A stretch of DNA of 64,000 nt from Octopus vulgaris (taxonomy: Eukaryota): contig OX597837.1 in NCBI GenBank assembly GCA_951406725.2, positions 992,001 to 1,056,000 of the forward strand. Direction: 5' to 3'. This document shows positions 41,362 to 55,062 of the stretch, in pieces (position 1 is the stretch's first letter; every line of letters starts with the position of its first letter). Both the position numbers and the translations under genes were made by a program. Below the pieces are notes generated by a model, which saw only the letters and a list, made by a program, of their open reading frames with translations, was not told the origin of the DNA and did not search any database.

Positions 41362-42054
41362 CTAAGAGCCTCCTCTAATATGTGGCACTTGGTGAAGAAT
41401 GGTGTTTGATATAGCTACCCTCATTTGCACCTCTTTCCGTGAGGCAGGTTCATCTGGGACTCTTGACAGGAAGATGTCCAGCTTTGATTTAATAACCGCT
41501 ACATCTATTTTGTGCAAGTTCCTTAGACTCTTTGGGAGAATATTAAAAAGCTGTGGGCCCTTGAAACCCAGGCTGTTGCAGTAGCTGGTCCTGAAGCGTG
41601 ATGGCATTGCTGGGATCTTTGGCACTATGCAGTGTCGCCCCTTTCTAGCATTGGTGTAGCTTACAATGCCAACATTTGGCACAATTCCTTCCAGGATCTT
41701 CCAGATATATATTACTGCATACCTCTCCCGTCTTCTCTCCAGAGAGTAGAGTCTTAGCTGTTTCAATCTTTCCCAGTAGCTGAGCTGTTGCAAAGATACG
41801 ATCTTCTTTGTGAATCTTCTCTGGATTGCTTCAAGGTCCGCTGTTAATTTCACACTGGCGGGTGACCATAGCTGTGAGCAGTAATCCAGGCGGCTGAGGA
41901 CGAATGTCCGCCAGAGGACCATCATGGTTTCCTTATCTCTGGTTCTGAATGTTCTTAGGATCCATCCAGCCAGTCGTCTGCACTTTGTCGCCATCCTGGT
42001 AATGTGCACTTGGAAAGAGGTATCATCACTCATATCGATACCCAGGTCCCTCAC
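41362..42054 (-). pseudogene. LINE ORF2 C-terminal segment
   Basis: RDLGI, RLDYCSQLWSP, LEAIQRRFTK and YWERLKQLRLYSLERRRERY. A frameshift separates it from the RT segment. Confidence 0.9.
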
Positions 42055-42058
42055 AGAC

Positions 42059-43375
42059 TTAGGCTCTATGAAATTCCCTGTGGACCGGTGTACCTGTAAG
42101 TTTAATATTCAGGTTTGGATGCTGGTAGCGCAGGGCCTGGAATTTTTCAGCATTAAACTGCATATTATTATCCTCAGCCCATCTGTAGATTGAGTCCAAC
42201 TCCTGCTGCAGGTGTGCAACATCGCTGGGGTTCTGTATTTTCTGCGAGACTTTCGTATCGTCTGCATAGCTTGCCAGAGTGGCTATCCGGGCATTTGAGG
42301 GCATATCTGAGAGGGCCACTATAAAAACCAGTTGTCCCAATACAGTGCCCTGTGGAACACCGCTCACTATTTGTGTGTTCATAGTGGTGGCTCCATTAAC
42401 CACTACTGCCTGACTCCTATCTTTCAGGAAGTCATGTAACCACACTCCAAGTTCTCCAGCTATGCCGAGGTCACGCAGTTTGTGGCATATCATACCATGA
42501 TCCACCTTGTCAAAAGCTTTTGCAAAATCAAGGTAGATTACGTCCACATTTGATTTGTTGAGTAACTGCCTCAACACCCAGTCATAATGTTGTAAGAGCT
42601 GGGTCAGGCAGCTCCTACCTGGTCGAAAACCATGCTGGGTAACACTCAGCAAGTTATTTTCCTCAAGGAATGCGATTAGTTTCTTTCTGACTATCCGTTC
42701 CATGACTTTGCTGATGTGTGAAGTCAGAGAGATAGGCCTATAGTTTTTGGCATCTGCTCTACTTCCCCCTTTATGTATTGGGCATATTATCCCCTCCTTC
42801 AGCTTGCTTGGCAGTTTGCCATTTGTAAGAAAGCTCTGGAAGAGAATCGTGAGGGGTTTTGCCAGGGCATGCTTGCACGCTTTGAGGAGGATTGCTGGGA
42901 AACCATCAGGGCCAGCAGTTGAGTTTGTGTCCACTTCATCTATGGCTAGTAGGACATCTTCTTCGCTAATGTCAATATATTCTATTGTAACTGCCTCGCT
43001 GGTTATAGGTGAGGCGGCAAAGAAGTCCACTGGTTCGTTCACTTGTCTGTGTTCCAACAGGGTGGTAAAGACACTTTTGAACTGGTCATTCAGTATCTCA
43101 CTGATCTTAGTTGGACTGCCTGTGAGAGAGCCATCCTTTTGGAGGAGGGGTCCTATCTTGTAGTGTGCTGAGACTGTTTCTTTCGCGTAATGAAAGAAGG
43201 CCTTTGGGTTTGATTTAATATCTTTTATAACCCAGGCTTCTTTGTCTGCTTTCTCCCTCACATAGGATTGTTGCAGCCTTTTTTCGATCTCCATCAGTGT
43301 TGCTTTTAGGCGGGACGTTTCGCTACTTTTGGAATGTTGGTTGAGTCGATTTGCAACCTTCGTCCGTCGTCTCAT
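42059..43375 (-). pseudogene. LINE ORF2 reverse transcriptase segment
   Basis: Non-LTR RT motifs AGPDGF, NYRPISLTS, QHGFRPGRSC, YLDFAKAFDKVDH, GVPQGTVLG and YADDTK. Confidence 0.95.
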
Positions 43376-43516
43376 GAGGATCTTCCTGTCTCTTAGAATC
43401 TTGCTCCTATTTGTTTTGGCCTTGTGCTATAGGACATATTTCTGGCATACGGCTTGCACAGAAGACATGAAACATTCTAGTTTCATGTCAATGTCTGGTG
43501 TGGAGAGACATTCCGG

Positions 43517-44454
43517 TCAGTCCTCTCTGAGAATCTCTTTTTGGATCGATTTCCAATCTGCTTTGTGGAAGTTCAGATTGGAGAGATTTCGGGTGCTTCC
43601 TTTAGGCTGTATGTCTCTGGTTACTTTTGGCCCAAACATAGACAGCTCTATTATGTTGTGATCCGAGACTAATGTCGGTGTCACTTTCACATCATGAATG
43701 ATGTCCATATTGTTCGTGAAGCAGAGATCCAGAATGTTATTCGCCCTAGTTGGTTTGTGTACAATTGCTCCATGAATAAGGCATTAATGAGGTTGAGCAG
43801 GGACTCCACCTGTACTTGCTTGCAATGATTCATTCCTGAGAGTATGAGACCTTCGGGCCATTTGACGTTGGGGAAGTTGAAATCACCCATAAGAAATATG
43901 GTCACGTGGTGTTCCAGATTCATGAGGATTTCTTTAATTCTTGTGAGGCAATCTTCAAACTTGCCTATGTGATTTGGAGCATCCGGTGGGCAATATGTAT
44001 TGCATATGACTATATTATGTTGTCTTATGTATACAATTGAGGTTTCACATACCGAATTTGAGTATGTCATTAAGACCTGGGGTGTGAGGTCATCTCGGAT
44101 GTATACAGCAACTCCACTATGGCTCCTTTCCCTTCTGTCTGTTCGCAGTATGGCATAGTTTGGTACGTGTACTTCTGCGTCCTCTATATCAGGGCTGAGG
44201 TGAGTTTCCATGAGTTCTATACATAGGGCTTGATTGCATGCAGTAAGATCTCTCAGGAAAGAAATTTTGTTTCTATTTTGATGCAACAGACCCCCAATAT
44301 TTAGTAAAAGTATTGGGGTGACGGCTGTGCAGGCGTTAGGGGAGGCCATCCCGTGTCTGTTGACTGGTGGTCTTGCATAGTGGTGGGCAGGGTTCCTTCT
44401 CTGTGCCTGGTGCAGCCATATTAGCTGCTGGACAATCCTTTGCGCCATGCACAA
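43517..44454 (-). pseudogene. LINE ORF2 APE endonuclease segment (frameshifted)
   Basis: LNIGGL, ETHL, LRTDR..RSHSGVAVYI and GDFNFP in 43687-44454, with SDHNII in another frame (43517-43708). Confidence 0.9.
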
Positions 44455-46426
44455 AAAAGACTCTTGCTCAACTGCTGCGTTGCGCAGAACATCTTAGGAG
44501 CACACTTCTTTTCTGAATGTTTTCCTGGAAGACATTTCTTGTCTTCCCTCAGTAAAGCTTTCCTCTTTGAGTCCCCTGAAGTTCTGGCGGGGTGTCGGAT
44601 GGGCGAACCAGCAGTTTTTGCCGTCCTCCCCATGCCAACATTTGCCCCGCGTGTAGAATTTACAGGTTCTTCGGTGCCTTCCAGATTTCTTCTGTTTTTC
44701 TAGTTCTCATTTCTTTGTGGGACCACTGGTACAGTGTGTGGGGGGGGACTTCCAGTTTCTGCTCCCTTGGCTCCCTTATCCTTCACTGCCTTGTCGTTCA
44801 CCAGGGTAGGTGATCCATTTTCTTAATGTACATATATATATAATGTATATCAATATCTATAAATCTGAAATGCGAAAAGTGTGTTTATCTGGTTTTGGCA
44901 TTGGAACGGGTTAAAGGACACTAGATCCCGTCGGATTCGCTCCAGAATTTACAGAGACATGTAAAATGAGGTGAGAATGTGAGTGGGCTAGGTTAGAAAT
45001 CCGTATCTCAAACGCTGTTTTTACTCGGACAAAAACCCTACACTTTGACAAGTTTTTCTCGCTTCTCTTATTTTTTTTATCTGCCTGTCTTCCTCCTCTC
45101 TCTCTCTTTCTCTCTTTCCTCCCTTTCCTTTAATTTCTCTCTATAACGACGTTTGACAGTGTCTACTATCGTTTCCCCGCCGCCTTCGCCAGCGCTGTGA
45201 CTCTTTCTCCTACATCTTCTCTCTTTCTCTACGTCTGTCTGCATTCATTGAGAGAATTATTATCGCCACCACAATCACACAATCATGAGAACAAATATTA
45301 TGAATCAGATATTTATTGGTTTAATTTATATATCTGTGTGTGTGTTCTATATATAAATAGGTATATAAATGTATATATACAAAGTGTATATATATATCTA
45401 TTTTTATATATATATATATATATATATAATTTGTATACATTTTTATATATAATGCGTACACGCACACACATATATAATGCGTATATATGTACATATATAC
45501 ATATATATTTAATGCGTATATATATATATATATATATATATGTGGTCGGTTGAGTTGAAAATATGCACACCTATGTTAAAAGTGCTGGCGAGTTTGCATG
45601 GCAACTATTTTTTTCCTCAAATGAAAGGCGTGACCGCTAGGACAAAATTCCTCATCTTATAAAATGTAGTCCGAGTAGTCCCGAATGAAATCGGGTTATA
45701 TTAACCAAAATGTGAAAAGGGGTCGAAATGGAGCTGGAAGGGGATTAAAATTTATAGGAGCGGGTGTTTAGGTATTTTCTTTTACATCAAGTTCAAAATT
45801 TCGCGCCAGCCGTTAAACTGCCACTACGTTGCTGTCCGCCGTTAAGAAATGCCAGCCATGGTGACTATCCTCAGATTCTATCCCTTCAAACTTTGGTTTC
45901 CAATATTTTAAAATTTTTTATTCAGCTCGCAAGTTAGTCAGTCCCTTTTAAATGTTAGTGTTTTGCTGTCTGCCTTGAAGCAGATCCTTCCGTTGTCACT
46001 GCCTGATATTTATGATTGATCTTTCAAAATATTTCTTTCTCAACCTACTCAAGAACTTTTGTTGTTTATAAATGGAAGAGAGGTAGATAGAGAAAGATAG
46101 AGAGTAAGAGAAAGCGAAGGAGAGTCCGAGAGAAAGGAGAGAGAGGGGGGGAATGAGAAAGCGAATGAAGTCGACGAAGACTTAAACATCTCCCTATCTG
46201 TCCATGCACATATAAAACAATGAAAGATAAAAAACTATATATAATATATACATACATACATACACACACGCATATATATATATATATATATACATAGACA
46301 CATACATACACACACACATCTCTCTCACTCTCTCTGTATGTACAGAGCGCATGAGAGAGAGAGTATAATGAAAATATTTTTAAAGACTCTCTCTCTCTAT
46401 ATATATACATACATACATATACATAC

Positions 46427-46534
<108 letters not shown>

Positions 46535-46848
46535 GGTTATGAAATGTCACCATATTTAAAACTCCATCTTCAAAGAAACTAGTGAAAACACTAAAATGTT
46601 TTTCTTCTCTATCATTCTCTCTATCCTCTTCTCTCTCGCTCCCACTCTCTTACATTCCCGTCTCTCTCTCTCTCTCTCTCTCTTTCTTTCACACATTCTC
46701 CGATTTATCTCCCCTCGATCTCTCACTCACACTTTATCAATATCTATTTTATTACCTCCTTCCATTCCCCTCACTTCCTCTATATTTCTCTAACCCATTT
46801 TCCCGTCTTCTATAAACCTCCATCTCTCAGTACCTCTCACCCCATCTC

Positions 46849-46888
<40 letters not shown>

Positions 46889-47059
46889 AATCTATCACAC
46901 TATCAATACCACTTAATTCTGTTTGGTCCATCTCCCTTCTCCTTTCAATACTTCTCCTGCATTAGCTTTTACCCTCTCTCTATTATTCACCCTGCTTCTC
47001 TCTCATTTCCAATTTTTTTTGTCTTAAATATCCATGTAAGTAACATGTACTAATGTACT

Positions 47060-47093
<34 letters not shown>

Positions 47094-47118
47094 TGGGCAC
47101 ATACATTTATGTGCACAC

Positions 47119-47163
<45 letters not shown>

Positions 47164-47376
47164 TATTTATGCATACACATGAATACCGTAAACAATATAT
47201 ATATATGCATACTTGCATATATGCATACATATATACATATGACTCCCCCTCTTTGTCTCTCCTGCTACATATATATATATATACATACGCACACACACGC
47301 AAACATACAGAATTAAGCATTACCTATTGTATCTTTCTATCTCCAAGGCAGAGATGTGTAATGGTTATACGCGCTT

Positions 47377-47425
<49 letters not shown>

Positions 47426-49169
47426 GTAGTATTTGTGTATGTATGTATCGATTTGCAGTGAAAAATTGGAAAGAAGCGAAAGCAGAATATGTGTTTGCGT
47501 GTGTCTGTATGCATGTGTGTACACATCTATGTGTATTTTTGTGTAAGAAATTAAAAGAGGAGAAATTGAAAAAAACAAAACACGTACAACGCAATTACAA
47601 GCAAAAAATCTGTCTTTGCTCTCATCTTCTTCCCAGTTGTTTGATGTAAGCGAATCAATATGGCGGAGGTCAGGTAAAGGTTAATATCTCCCTCACATAG
47701 ACTTTATTCTATTACACTAACAGCTTATATATAAATATATATATATATATATAATGTGTGTATACAAAACCATATACACACACACTAAGATCATCGGCAA
47801 AAGCGACCTCTACCGTGTGGCACGGCCTGTAAGAAATAGCAGTCAGTACGACATTACACTCCTGTCGTTTGTCTTAAATCAGGCATAATTTAACCCCTAG
47901 ACACTGTTCAGTACTTCCCACTCACATACACATTATCTTCTCAAACTTTCTCTCTGGTGTTTGTCCTCCCCCCATCCTTTCTCTTCCTACTACTTATCTT
48001 ATGGCCTCTGCTCCTTCGAGATGGTTAATTTCATGCTATTTCCAATCAGTCACTCTTGACTCACCCGTCTTATTTATCATCACTTGTACTTCGTTCAACC
48101 CTCCGCTTTTTATAACGGTTCTTCACAGCCCACTCTGTTCAATCCTTCTGTAGAAATTCTACCTTCTGTAAGTTCTTCCTGGCCCATGTCTTTCCTGCAT
48201 GTGTCAGCATGCAAACCCTTAAAGACAATATTTCCGAATAAAAGTGCGTGCAAAGACAGTGGGTGCTGTCCCTTTCTTCGGGACGAACCCAGCAGGTAGT
48301 AACAAATAAATAAAAATGGACTAAATTTAGTTAATATTTTCTTTCAGACATACTCTTAAATCGATGGAATAGTCACGGTTGTCATGATTTTGATCATAGA
48401 TACTGCAATAAGTTCGACTTGGAGTTAAACAACCACCATGGGATTTAAACTCAGAGCATCGCTAACAATTTACCTTATTGGAAGACATTTTGTGCGATGC
48501 TCTAACGATTCTGTCGAGTCGCCATTTTGTTGTTTAGTTTTGTTTATTACTTCGATGTGGAAACTAAATCATCGTAAGGAGGTCATCTGATAGGGTCGTT
48601 GGAGAGTTGGATAAAATGCAGAGATGCTTCGAGACTATGTTCTGAGTTCGAGTCCCACCGCAGTCAAACTTGCCTTTCATACCAAACCACAAAGCAGTGT
48701 ATCGGTAAAGCTGTGAAAGGTTCGGATGTGGTGCCTTCTTCCTAATTCTTTGCGTTCTGTGAGCAACATCTGAGAGGATAACTGTTGCGAGACCCTCTAT
48801 TTATTTCTTCGATTTGGTTTATGGAATATCGTTTAATTCACAGCTACTTGCAAAAACTAACGAAAAACCAATGCCGTTCCTTTCATCGCCATCCATTATC
48901 TTTTCAAACGGAATATTATCCGAATTGCATTTTAGTGGCTTTTCAGGGAGGTTTGATTGATATGTCTAGCATTTCAAAACTTCCTCATTGGCTCATTCAG
49001 CTTCTTGGATTTTCTAAGGTGTGCATGTATGTGTGTGTGTGTGTATGTGTGTATGTGTGTGTATGTGTGTGTGTGTAGAAAAGCTTCTTCCTCCAAAAAG
49101 TTAGTAACATCCTGATAAATGAAGAATTACCTTAACACTTCAAAACTGTTGTAAGTAATTCTCATAGAC

Positions 49170-49212
<43 letters not shown>

Positions 49213-49446
49213 TAAAGATGGAGGTGAAAATAGCACATGTTCTTAACCCCCAGACACAAGATAAACTGTTTTTACTTCAATTTTTTATTAATTTTTACTG
49301 ATATTTGATAAGATGAGATTGATCATCGAAACCGGTAATATTAAATCCCTTAAATTGAAATGTTTTAGACTTACTTCTGCGCTATTTCCACCTCCATCTT
49401 TTATATATAAAATGCGTTTTGTAAAGATCTCTAATCTTTTCCCAAC

Positions 49447-49477
<31 letters not shown>

Positions 49478-49576
49478 ATATGCTTGTATGTATACATATG
49501 TATATATGTATGCATATGTATGTATATATATGTTTGCATGTATATATGTTTATATATGTATATATATATATATACG

Positions 49577-49695
49577 TATGGAGCAACGTGGAACGAAGCA
49601 ATTTGTTCAAGAACACAGCACGTCGATCGGTCCAGGAATCGAAACCACAATCTTAAGATCATGAATCCAACGCGCTAACTATTGTGCCACACTAG
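49577..49695 (-). mobile_element. tRNA-SINE head (family D-like)
   Basis: ttgttcaagaacacagc...ggaatcgaaaccacaatctt...gctaactattgtgccac. Confidence 0.65.
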
Positions 49696-49724
49696 GCAGA
49701 TAGATTGATGCATGAAGATAAAGG

Positions 49725-49762
<38 letters not shown>

Positions 49763-50239
49763 CAGACAGGTAGATAATGACAGAAAGACTGACGGAGAGA
49801 TAGGACAGAGGTGCTGACAGTATCTCTCAGCATCTCTGTCCTGTCTCTCCGTCAGTCTTCGATAGACAGAGATATGCAATAGACAGACGGATAGATTAGA
49901 GAGATTCGATAGAAAGAGAAGCAGATAGATAATGTAGATGGATATAACTAATAGAAAAGACCAGAGAGCTGTAATATAGGAAGCAGGCAGATGCTGTTTA
50001 TTTTCCTCTCTAGTTTTATGGATATTTTAACAGAATGGAGAGATAAAAGGTGAAGTGAGGCGTTTGAAAAACATAAAACAACCAATTTGTTGGAAATTTA
50101 CCATATTTCAGTGAATGGACGACATCGTTTGATAAAAATGTAATATATATATATATATATATGTATATACATATACATACACACTGTAATATGTGTGTAT
50201 GAGTGTGTGTGTGGTGGGGGAGTATGTGTATGGTGGTGG

Positions 50240-50738
50240 TAGGGGTGGAGGGTTAAGAAGTTTGCTTTGAAATTGTGTGGTTTCAGGTTCGGTTCTGTTG
50301 CGAGGCATCGAAGGTAGGCGATTTCTACTATTGCAGAGCAAACCGATGAATGTCTTTGAGAGAATTTGGTAGAGAGATCTGTGCGGAAGATGCTCCTTGT
50401 GTATGTTATGCGCACGCGCGCGCGTATGTGTGTATACACGTGTGTGTGTGTATACATATTTGTGTGTGTTTGTGTATGACCGAAACCGTGTGAATGGTTC
50501 TGGTGGACGGAAACTAAAGGAATTTTGTCGTTTATATATATGTGTTTGTGTGTCTGTGTTTGTCCCTCCACCATCGCTTGACAAACGATCTTCTCGTGTT
50601 TATGTCGTTGTAACTTAGCGGTTCGGAAAAAGAGATCGATAGAATAAGTACCAGGCTTACAAAGAATAAGTTTCTGGAGTCGATTTCTTCGACTAAAAGG
50701 TGGTGCTCCAGCATGGCTGTAATTCAATGGCTGAAACC
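50240..50738 (+). mobile_element. SINE family A copy, 5' half diverged
   Basis: The 3' half is clear: taacttagcggttcgg...ggtggtgctccagcatggctgt...gctgaaac. Confidence 0.8.
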
Positions 50739-50950
50739 ATTGTAAGAGGGAGTACCATCTTATTTAATTAACTAGTCGTAATTATGTGAAGGATACAGCT
50801 AATTGTGAAATATCCAACCACTTCATTTGGAACGCAGTAATTAAGTCTTCTTGTTCAGAAAACTTGGAGAGATAATCCATCGAAACCGAGTGGATTACTC
50901 ATGCCATCCCCCACTCCCGGCATATAAGAGAATATATATATATATACGTG

Positions 50951-51193
50951 TCAGTCAGTTGACTGCGGCCATGCTGGAGCAGCGCCTTAAAGGGTTTTAG
51001 TCGGAGAAATCGAACCCCTCCCTGTAGGACTTACACTTTCTAAGCCTGGTACTTATTTTATCGGTACCTTTTGCCGAACCACTAATTTAGGGGGACGTAA
51101 ACACACCAACATCGGTTTTCAAGTGATGATGGAGACACAAAGATACAGAAACACATACACACATACACACACGCGCGCGCGCACACACGCACG

Positions 51194-51264
<71 letters not shown>

Positions 51265-51413
51265 TACTTTCTTCGTTCAGTTCCCGTCTACCAAATTCAC
51301 TCACAAGGCTTAGGTCGGTCCAAAGCTACTATAGTAGAAGTCATTGTCCAAGGTGCCACGCAGTGGAACTGAACCCGGAACCATGTTGGGAAGCAAGCTT
51401 CTTACCACACAGC
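50951..51413 (-). mobile_element. SINE family A copy
   Basis: cagtcagttgactgcggccatgctggagc ... cttaccacacagcc. It is inverted relative to 50240-50738. Confidence 0.88.
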
Positions 51414-51609
51414 CTTACTGAATTAGACAATTGTAAACCACTCAACATTTCTGTTTCGTATTCGCCTATATTGCTTCTGTGGCTACATTTTTTAATGTGT
51501 GATCTTCGGTAAGGGAGAATTAGCTGCTATTTTTGATAAAGCGTATGGTCACGTAAGGGCTCTTTTCGTTCTTCTGTGATGTTTTTGTTGTTCTTTAGTC
51601 CCAGGTAAA

Positions 51610-51792
51610 CCGGAAAATACTTTGAGTTATTCGTTTCACCTCTTTTTACATTCTGAATTCAAACTCCATTCAGATCATCGTTGCTTTTCTTCCCTTCGGG
51701 GTCCATAAAACAAAATGCACGTCACGATCTGATGCTGATGTTATCCACTAATCCGTTACTTTCAAAACTGCTGGCTTTGTGCCCAAATCAGC

Positions 51793-51795
<3 letters not shown>
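51610..51795 (+). mobile_element. Degenerate SINE family B with (AAT)n tail
   Basis: ttctgaattcaaactcc...ccttcggggtccataaa...ctggctttgtgcccaaa. Confidence 0.6.
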
Positions 51796-51826
<31 letters not shown>

Positions 51827-52399
51827 GTTATTATTTTTTAACATTTGACGGATGTTTCAAGATTTATCTAACAGTTTCCATAAGACTGAGCACTTTAATT
51901 TGCAATAGAAGCTTTCTTTGAAAATATGATTATATAACAGTAAAAGTGTTTTATTTCGTGCATTTGATAAGAACTGTAATATCTACATTGATAGTCCACT
52001 ACTTTAATTGTTGTTTATTTTCCTATGGTCAGCACTTATGACCGCAAGTAAACCTCTTGGCAGACATCTTGTCATTCTCTGGCACGTTATATCTCCCTTC
52101 ATCAATATTACATTAAATGCTGCAAATGTCTGTGAGGAATGTTTCATCCTTTGCCCTATATAAATATTTCAATGAGTTGCTATAAATATGTATTGATTCT
52201 GTTTCGGCATCAACCATCGGAACTCAAAGTTGACCAAGAAATATTTAATCAAATTCTTTCCTTCTGCATCCATGTTTTTTTCTCGAGCCCCGGGAGGCAG
52301 GAGGCTGACTGCCCGGTTTCCAAGGCGGATAAGATCGCAACACCCCACCCCTGAACGGGATCTTGGTCCGTTGCAGGTTCAAGTTGAACAACAATGAGT

Positions 52400-52560
52400 G
52401 GGGGGGGACAAGTGGAGACGATTAAATTGATCCCTAGTACTTCACTGATATTTTATTTTATCGAAAGGATGAAACAGAAAATCAACCTCGGAGATATTTG
52501 GACTTAAAGATGTGGAAAAATGCCGCGAAGCATTTATTGCTAACGATGCTTCCAGCTCGG
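52400..52560 (-). mobile_element. Degenerate SINE family B
   Basis: tttatcgaaaggatgaaa...aacctcggagatatttgga...gctaacgatgcttccagctc. Confidence 0.6.
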
Positions 52561-52584
52561 TGCTTTGTTTTGCATATTGCAACT

Positions 52585-52855
52585 GGCACACCGACGCTTT
52601 AGGAGACAAGGGTTCCTTTTCATCCGACCGACACTACAGCCTGCTCCTGAAATTAACGTTCAAAAAGCAGAGCACTCCACAGTCACGTGCACCCTTCGTG
52701 TAGTTTTCATGGAGATTCAGCGTCATGTGACAAAGCTGGCCCTTTTGAATTACATGTACAATTCATGTTTGGCAGCTGAGTGGAATAGGGAATGAGGGCA
52801 CAAGGCACCGCCAGGAATCGAACTCCAAGTTGCCTAACCATAAGCCACGTACCTT
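52585..52855 (-). mobile_element. SINE family D
   Basis: acagcctgctcctgaaattaacgt...gagcactccacag...gattcagcgt...ggaatcgaactc...ctaaccataagccac. Confidence 0.75.
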
Positions 52856-53934
52856 CTACGTGTATATATAGCAGTGTAGTCAATAATATAGAATATAAGT
52901 AAATAAACAAATATTGTCGATAATGTGTGTATATAAATCTATAGTCGAGAACAATTGGAAATTGAGAGAAATCTAAGGCTTGTGTACGTTGAGTGTATCT
53001 TGGTGGTAAAAACGCTGTTTAGTAAAATAAAGTGATCGATGTGATCAATCAAATAGACTATAATTTTATTCCTGTCCATTTTTATGTTAATTAACTAAAA
53101 TTATTTCGAAAAATAATAAATGAATTATACATGAATAATGAATGGCGAAACAAAACCCGCTTCTGCTTATATTTTTTACCATTGAAAATTGTCTGGAATT
53201 TAAAACGTATATTTTTCTCTTAGTTTTCTCTATTGTTCTTAACTTTCAATATTTCTAAATATGTTGTCGGTTTTGTCTTTGTTTTCGTTGATCATTTTAA
53301 TACGTTTCTAATCTAATAAATATTAGTAAAACGAGGTAAGTTCCAGTGTTTACGTTGGTCTATGTCCATACACGTGTGTGTATATATATGTGTATATATG
53401 TGCATGCACATTGGTCAATGTCCGTACACGTGTGTGTATGTATATGTGTTTATATGAACGTATGTATGCACACACATCAACGTTATTTTTATCTATATTG
53501 TCATCATCATCATAATCATCATCATCACCACAATCTCAGTAATCCGATTAGTTTAAATGAAAGAGTCATAACAAATGACTAATCGTGCCTCAGGTTTCCC
53601 TCTTCCGTTTTGTCTCAAAGATTTTACTTATAACTCAAACAACTTCCTCAGAATCTGTTCTTCCCAATGGTGCTCCCTTCTCAAGAATTTCATTACATGC
53701 CTCGATTTCAAATTTTGTAACCTATCTTTGTTCGTCAGTTGTTACTTTCTCCGACGCTTACTAACACTTACCATTTCTGGTGCCACTTCAACCCTTCATC
53801 TTGTGTCACTACCACAAATACGTCTCGAAGACAATCGAAATCTTCAAATTAACGAAGTTATGTCATGAAAATATACAAATTCATCCAACAAACTTAGAAC
53901 ATTTACAAAGCATGGAATTTCCGCAGATCCTCCT

Positions 53935-54168
53935 CTTGCGACGATTTCATCTCAATCGAAGGAGAGGGGCTTTCTCCGTCCGGGTTGCGGATCCGTGGAA
54001 TAAGCAGCCAGACGAGATGGTGAAGATGCCGACGACCGTTCGGTTCAAGGTCTCCCTTGACCTCAAGTGGCCTGAACTCTTTACATGAACACCACCCTGT
54101 ACATAACTGCATGTCCCCCTACATGGCCTTGCTTTTTGCTTTTTGAGCCAAAAAATCAACTAACTACT
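53935..54168 (+). mobile_element. 3' end of a CR1-type LINE
   Basis: RRGAFSVRVADPWNKQPDEMV....RFKVSLD matches the CR1 ORF2 terminal pattern FS.RV...WN.LP..V....FK..LD. A short 3' UTR ends in (AACT)n. Confidence 0.8.
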
Positions 54169-54177
54169 ACTGTAGAA

Positions 54178-54820
54178 CGGTGTGCTGGCAGAATCGTTAG
54201 GAGGCCGGACAAAATGCTCAGCGGCGTTTCGTCCGTCTTCGGGTTCTGAGATCAAATACCACAATGATCGATTTTTGCCTTTTATTCTTTTGGCGTCAAT
54301 AAAATAAGAACCAGATGAGTATTGGAATCGATGCAATCGGCCTACCCCTATCCACCAAATTTCAGGCCTTGTGTCTAGAATAGAAAGAATTACTATGATT
54401 ATTATTATTAAGGTGGTGGGCTGGCGAAATTGTTAGCATACCGGACAAAATGCTTAGCAGCGTTTCATCCGGTTTTTCCTTCTGAGACCAAATATCGTGG
54501 AGGTAGACTAAGTTTTTCATTCTTTCGGAGGCGATAAAATAAGTGGAACACTTTAGTCGAGATAATCCACTTATCCCCGCTCTCCCTAAAGTTGCTGGTC
54601 TTGTGCCAAAATTCGAAACTAATATTGTTATTAATTGAGTGGTGAACTGGCAAAACGTTAGTGCGTCGGAAAATAAGCTTTGCGTTGTTTCCGTGGAGGT
54701 CCTCTTTGCCTTTAATTCTTTCTGGGCGCGATAAAACAAGTATGTGTTGAACACTGGGTTCGATGTAATCTGCTAGCTCCCTCTTCCAAAATTTCAGGCC
54801 TTGTGCCTTTAGTAGAAAGT
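54178..54820 (+). mobile_element. Three head-to-tail SINE family B copies (~54178-54390, 54412-54620, 54635-54820)
   Basis: Each starts (g/a)ctggc..aa..gttag and ends (c/t)cttgtg.c followed by an ATT-rich tail. Confidence 0.8.
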
Positions 54821-54877
54821 ATTATTATTATTATTATTATTATTAATATTATTATTATTATTATTACAATTATTACA

Positions 54878-54922
<45 letters not shown>

Positions 54923-55016
54923 GAACTTGTTGTTCATCATATGTTTGTGCCGTTGAGAATTCTATTTTGATGTTACAAGACAATCATCCCTGCTTTTAAG
55001 TATTTATAACATATCA

Positions 55017-55062
<46 letters not shown>

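Larger units (their letters stand above)
41304..44822 (-). mobile_element. CR1-group LINE, ~3.5 kb, 5'-truncated and disrupted
   Basis: APE endonuclease, RT and C-terminal domain are in order. The 3' UTR ends in an A-rich tail at (TA)n, and the 5' end also abuts a TA-rich tract. Confidence 0.95.

Noticed and set aside
42747-43661. Plus-strand ORFs overlapping the LINE
   Set aside because: They are antisense shadows of LINE ORF2.
44855-45300. Possible Helitron-like 5' end (tctataaat...gtgtgtttatctg)
   Set aside because: No matching 3' hairpin or CTRR end identified, and no second copy in the window.
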